A stretch of DNA of 64,000 nt from Selaginella moellendorffii (Eukaryota; Plantae; Lycopodiophyta): positions 916,091 through 980,090 of the forward strand of contig NW_003314279.1 in the NCBI RefSeq assembly GCF_000143415.4, given 5' to 3'. Made by a program: the position numbers and the translations under genes. Position 1 is the stretch's first letter. Every line of letters begins with the position of its first letter. Below the pieces are notes generated by a model that was given only the letters and a program-made list of their open reading frames with translations, had not been told where the DNA came from and ran no database searches. Of the stretch, positions 58,284 through 64,000 are shown piece after piece.

Positions 58284-61200
58284 CTAGGAGTGCCGCAGCG
58301 GTTCTACGTTCCATATTTCCTCTGCATACTCGCGGATGGTTCTGTCAGTGCTGAACTGTCCACAACCGGCGGTGCTTAGAATGCTCATCTCGGCCCACCG
58401 CTTCTTGTCGACAAATGCTTTGTCAACAGCAGCCTGCGCAGAAGCACCGAGTGTTTAAGGCACGAGAGTTGTCAAACAGAAGAGCGTACCTGAGCTTCCA
58501 AGTAAGATGGAAAATCATGGCCTAGCAAGTAATAGTCGTCCCCAGCTCCGTCAATGGTGTCACATAACGGTTGGAAGTACTCTGCATTGCCAAATACTCC
58601 TTTGCGAATCATGCTGAGCAGCAGCAAAATATCATGCTTAATTCGAATATAGAGAAAAGAAATAAGATACTGTACCCGACCACACGGCGAAACTCCAATA
58701 CAGGTTGAAAATCTTTTTGCTCGGTTCGCAGCTCTGGGATATCCTCTGCGCTGGGACCAAAGAGGAACTAGCCAGAGTGCAAAGTTAAGAGCCATGCAAA
58801 ATGATAAAACATTTTTAGAGTGACAAACCATATTTTCGCTTCCTAATTCTTCTTGAATTTCAACATTGGAGCCATCCTTGGTCCCTACAATGAGACAGCC
58901 GTTCATCGCAAACTTCATGTTTCCTGTGCCACATGCCTCACTCCCAGCAGTGCTGCCAGCCAAAGAAAATTGAACTGTCCGAGGCATTTCTCTAGAAAAA
59001 AAAAGCTTACCTGAGGTGCTGGGATATATCACTTGCAGGTATTACAAGTTCTGCCATTGAGACATTATAGTCTGGAATGAAAATCTGCGTGTGCCAAAAG
59101 TGATGATCGATCGAACTTTTGGATTTCATACTTACTAGCTTCAATAGGTCTCCCACATCGGGGTCATTATTTAGCTTGTCGCCAACAGCATGGATCAATT
59201 TTATTATCCTTTTCGCATTTTCATAGCCAGGGGGCGCTTTTCCTCCAAGTATGCAAACGCGAGGCACAACCTTTTTTCTGTCTTCTGCTGTCATATTCTA
59301 CAGCATAAAAGAGTAAGAATGTGCAAAATGGTGAACTAAAAACAATGCACCTTAATGCAATCGTAGCGATGGATGATGCCGATAACATTCAAAAATTGCC
59401 TCTTGTACTCGTGAATGCGTTTGATTTGAACGTCAAACATTGCATCGACATTCACCTGCAGCCGAGATGAGAGTCAATGGAAAGTAAAGTATCACCCACC
59501 TTTGCACCGCTGATTATTTGTATATAGGCTGCTAGCCTTGACTTATTTGATCTTCTCACCTACAAACCATGAGATAAGCCTTTACGAGAGGAGCTACCAA
59601 AAGATACCTTCATCCACTGCTCTTGAAGATTATAATCATTAGCGTGGAGACGAAGGCCCAAGAGCAAGTCCAGCTCTTTAAGCCAAGCTTCTGTTCCTAG
59701 CCACTTAGTGATCAACTGACTTAGATCCGGATTGCTGCATGCCATCCATCTCCTCTGTTTTACAGTAAACGTCAACGGCAGGGCAAAACCAATGCGGAAT
59801 TTACCTGGGTAACACCATTTGTTTTGCACTGAAATTTGTGTGGCCACATATCATGAAAGTCCTGATAACACTCCTCGTCATAGATAATTCGGAGATCCAA
59901 GGAATGTACCTTAAATAGTGACGATTTAATGAACTCGAAGTGGCTTTTTGACACTCCGTTCACGGTATGACAGCTTACAAGCGCCAAATTTGCCATACGC
60001 ACATTCTGCAAGTGGAACACTTGATCAAAGTTTGTTGAAGACAGCGACGCTTACTTTCTTCTCGCCTTCCTCAATAATAGATAATCTAGACAGACGAACA
60101 AGATCATCGCCAAATTTTTTCTTCATTTCCTCCATAAAATAGAAATTGATGCGATAGATTATCTGCAACACGCACAATGAGAAAACTCAACAAAGATTCC
60201 AAAGAAAGACCTGCAAATGGCGTGGCAGAAGGTTCTCTAAAAGCTCTAAAGGCCACTTTTCCAATGCTTCGGGGAGGATTGCGTGATTTGTAAAAGAGAA
60301 AACTTTAGTGGTTATTTCCCATGACTTCACCCAATCTAGCTTCTCCTCATCCAAAAGTATCCTCATCAGTTCTGCCACGCCAATGATTGGATGTGTATCA
60401 TTTAGCTGAAAGGCAACCTGACATTTGTACAATTTGTAAGTTAATCGTTCATTTTACCAAGATACTAACCTTTTGAGGAAAAGCCGCAAAATCGGAATGA
60501 AAATCTTTATATCTTCGTACTACATCTTGTAAAGAAGCTGATACCAGGAAAACTTGCTGTTTCAACCGGAGCTCTTTGCCCTGTAGCATGCGTTGAGTTT
60601 ACGAAAGAAAAGCATAAAAAATACAACCTGATATGTCCTATCGTCTGGGTAAAGAATACTGCTGATCGTCTCAGCTCGCTGCTTACTAAGCACTGCATTC
60701 ACATAGTCGCCAGTACTAAAAGAGTCCTGAAACGGCAAGAAATTAAAGATTAAAATGATAAAGTTAATATAGCCACCTACTAGTTCAAGTTCGCCACTTG
60801 GTTTTGCAGCCCAGAGCCGCAGATTTATGGTATTTTTTGTACCATAACCGGGGATTGGATTGTCGTAGGCAACAGCTTCAACCTGTTAATCTAGTTAGTC
60901 TCATCGGAGAGAAATCAATATCTGTTTACCGTTTCCCCAGGTGTCCAAATATATGTTTTCTTATTGTTCTCTTGTATTTCGTCCACATGACCATAGAACT
61001 GCCGGAATTCGTCAGATTAGAGCCTCCGCTAAGCAGCACTTCGACTAACCTTTACAGGATATGTTGTATGAACTCGCTGAATTTCCCATGGATTGCCAAA
61101 ATTTAACCAGTAATCGGGATGCTCGAGTTGGAACCCATCCTGTATAGTCTGCCTAAACATACCATATTCATATCTTAAACCGTAACTGCCAGAAAAAACA

Positions 61201-62427
61201 GTACGCTGTTTCGCAGTTCTTGAAACTAATACGTGCTTACCCCCAAGCAGGATAGTCTAGAGTCGCAAGCGAGTCTAAAAAACAAGCAGCAAGCCGGCCG
61301 AGTCCACCATTTCCAAGAGCAGCATCTCTCTCCTGCAAAAGAAGAACAAAAGACAGAGAAAACCTGAGAAACTCTGTAAAACACACACACACTATATACC
61401 TGCTCGACCAAAATTTCTAAATCGAACCCGAGCTGTTTCAAAGCATCCGCATACTGTCCCTTGACCCCGATGTTGACGATACTGTTTAGCAACGAACGAC
61501 CTGATTGCATGCAAAGGTTGAGTCATAACGCTCAAGAAGGCGACCTTGAAGAGAATGCTCACCCATGAGGAACTCCATTGAAAGATAATATATCCTTTTG
61601 GGGTCCTTTTCTCTCATAAGTGAATGCGTATCGTTCCATCTCTCGATCAGCCGGTCCCGCACGCTATAGGCAGTGGCCTACACATGGAGACACGCGTCAG
61701 TCACAAGGATAGGCACGAAAAATCGACAAAAACCAATATCACTTACCTGGTATGCTTCGAAGTCATCAAACCGGAATCGTGATCTCGCCAGAGTATACTC
61801 GGAGTGATCCACGATGTTTTTCTGGATGCTAAACGTGTCGTTCTTCAAGTACTGATCCATGAGCTTGTACATTCGCTCCACCTTGTGCCTAAACCCCGGA
61901 TCCGAGCTAGGAGCGCCTGGAACGTACGACCTGACGATGAAATCCATGAGCGATGTTGCAAGGTTGCTCTTCTCCGCGGCATCCAGCTTCTTGTCCCTGG
62001 CATTCTTTACCAAAATCTTGAGCAACTGCACAGAAACCCCGTCGTCCATGGCATTCTCTTCCAGCTGGACCGTCGCCTCGGCAACCTTGAATCCCAGATT
62101 CTTCACAAGGGCCACTGCTCCTTGCAACACATCCAATCCCTTGTTCTTGACGCGAGCGGCGAGGAGGTAATCGCTCTCCCAGAAAACCGCCACTTCTCCG
62201 GCGGCATCCGACGCGATCGTCCCTACCTTGGAATCCAGAGCGGCAAATCTCCCACTGCCGCTCGCCGCAATCTGCGTCACCGATCGCTGCGCCGAGATAT
62301 TTCCATGCCGGAGCGGTGGATTCTGCCATATCCGTGGATGATCCGGCGAGGCAATGCCAGCGCGCTTGCTCCCACAGCCGTGATGCCGCCATGGAAGAAT
62401 CGCGGCGACGCTCGCCACCACCGCCAT
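58284..62427 (-). CDS. Alpha-1,4-glucan (glycogen/starch) phosphorylase with transit peptide and N-terminal extra domain
   Basis: [75 protein letters not shown]. Confidence 0.96.
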
Positions 62428-62517
62428 AGCCAGAGAGCTCCCTTTGCCACACTACCTAGACTACTCGACACACATGACACTGAGAAGCCACAAACTCCCC
62501 TAGCAAATATATGCCGC

Positions 62518-64000
62518 TCATGGCAATTGTACACGAACCATGTTTCTATCACAGCCATACGTTTTGAGGCCCGAGTCATTCTTATAGATGTTCATGAAGA
62601 GCTCCTCCTCGCCGGGATTTGGATCATCCTTGGCCTTGGCTGCGGCATCGTCAACTTCTTGCTTGATTTCCTTGTCCACTGCCTTGAATTCCTCCTCTCT
62701 CATCACATTCTCCTGTGAAAGACGAACAAACAAAGAGTGAGTGGAGATTTTCAGTGCTTGCGGGCTCAACTTACTTTGATCATAAGTTTCTTGATGCGCT
62801 CGATCGGGTCGCGCTCCTGACGAACTCCCTGTATCTCGTTTCGTGTCCTGTAAGTGCTGCCGGGATCCGACATGCTGTGGCCGTGGTATCTGTACGTGTC
62901 CGCCTCCAAAACAATGGGACCCTGGAGAGGAAGCACTAAAAGATCTCGAAGAAGAACCAAGAAGAAAAAAAAGAAAGCTCTACCTTTCCAGACAGGCAGT
63001 GCTCTTTGGCGAATCTCGTAGCTTCTTTTACAGCAAAAGCATCCATCCCGTCAACCTGCGATTCCAGTTCAGTGTTCAAGAACACAGAATCAAAGCTCCT
63101 CGGTACCTTTATCCCAGGAATGTAAGAAACACGGTCATAGAAGGTAGTCTTTTTCGAAGCTCGCCACTCGGCTGTTCCCATTCCATACTGCAAACCGGGG
63201 GAAAAGAAGAAACGCTAATGAAAAGTACGAGCTTCACTTACGTGATTGTTCTCGACGAGAAAGATAAGCGGCAAATCCCAGAGCCCGGCCATGTTCTTCG
63301 CTTCAAACAATTGTCCCTAAGCACACACTACGCTTTGAGACCAAGCAAAGAGGCAATGCTCACAAACCTGATTACCTGCACCATCACCGTAGATGGCCAT
63401 CGCAACGTTGTTCTTCTTCTCGTACTTGTTTGCAAATGCCAAACCGGCACCGAGCGGTCCCGTGGTTCCCACAATCCCCCATCCTCCATAGAAATTATTG
63501 GAAGGCTTGTAGAGATGCATAGACCCTCCTTTCCCTCGAGCACACCCGGTGGATCTTCCCATGAGCTCGGCAAAACATTCCTGGAAGAAAAAAAAAAGAA
63601 ATTTTCAGCTCCTTTCGTTGAAACCATCCTAAAACTGAGAAACTCACTTACGTGCACAGTTCCTCCTCGTCCGAGAAATGTAGCGTGATCTCTGTAAGCC
63701 GTGATCACGGTGTCCTCGTACGTCAAAGCTGCCTCCATCCCTATAGTGACCGCTTCTTGGCCATCGTAGAGATGGCAAAATCCCCGGACGAGCTGGGACT
63801 TGAAGAGCTGGCGCCGAAAAATCGATCAATCTTCTTCCCCTAGAGATACCGAAAAGAAAATCCCTATACCTTGTCCGCAGTGATCTCCATTCGCCGGATC
63901 CGAAACATATCCCGGTACATCTTGACCAGCTCCTCTCTGCTCGTGACGGACTCCCGCGCGGGGCCTTCCTGGAGGAGATGGAGCTGGAATGGCACCGGAA
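62518..64000 (-). CDS. Pyruvate dehydrogenase E1 alpha subunit, mitochondrial type (5' end beyond window)
   Basis: [55 protein letters not shown]. Confidence 0.97.

Noticed and set aside
1-64000. CRISPR arrays or prokaryotic defence systems
   Set aside because: Intron-containing plant nuclear DNA with no repeat-spacer arrays.

Overview
Eukaryotic plant nuclear DNA: gene-dense, with very short (about 50-90 bp) introns and S-motif-rich PPR and lineage-type F-box genes. This points to a lycophyte, most likely Selaginella (inference). 1-5.4 kb is a decayed LTR-retrotransposon remnant. 6.5-19 kb holds a conserved plastid-type unknown gene, an F-box gene with an inverted pseudogene twin, a frameshifted kinase-like gene broken by a perfect 179-bp fold-back, PP2C, LTD, a PPR gene and a small conserved gene. 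20-41.5 kb is a rearranged zone of two adjoining giant inverted repeats. It carries five copies of a RAP-domain gene (one intact), three CYP85-clan P450 fragments, two CCCH-WD40 fragments, ARM and esterase fragments, two mirror-image class III peroxidases whose distal catalytic Arg/His are replaced, and a complete 4.3-kb Copia element with 88-bp LTRs. 41.8-64 kb is mostly housekeeping: plastid enolase, BKI1/MAKR-like, CTP synthase, a divergent proteasome-beta-like gene, an F-box-associated-like gene, a ZIFL MFS transporter, alpha-glucan phosphorylase and a partial PDH E1-alpha. Family calls rest on motif recognition only; no database searches were run, and exon and repeat boundaries are approximate unless stated.
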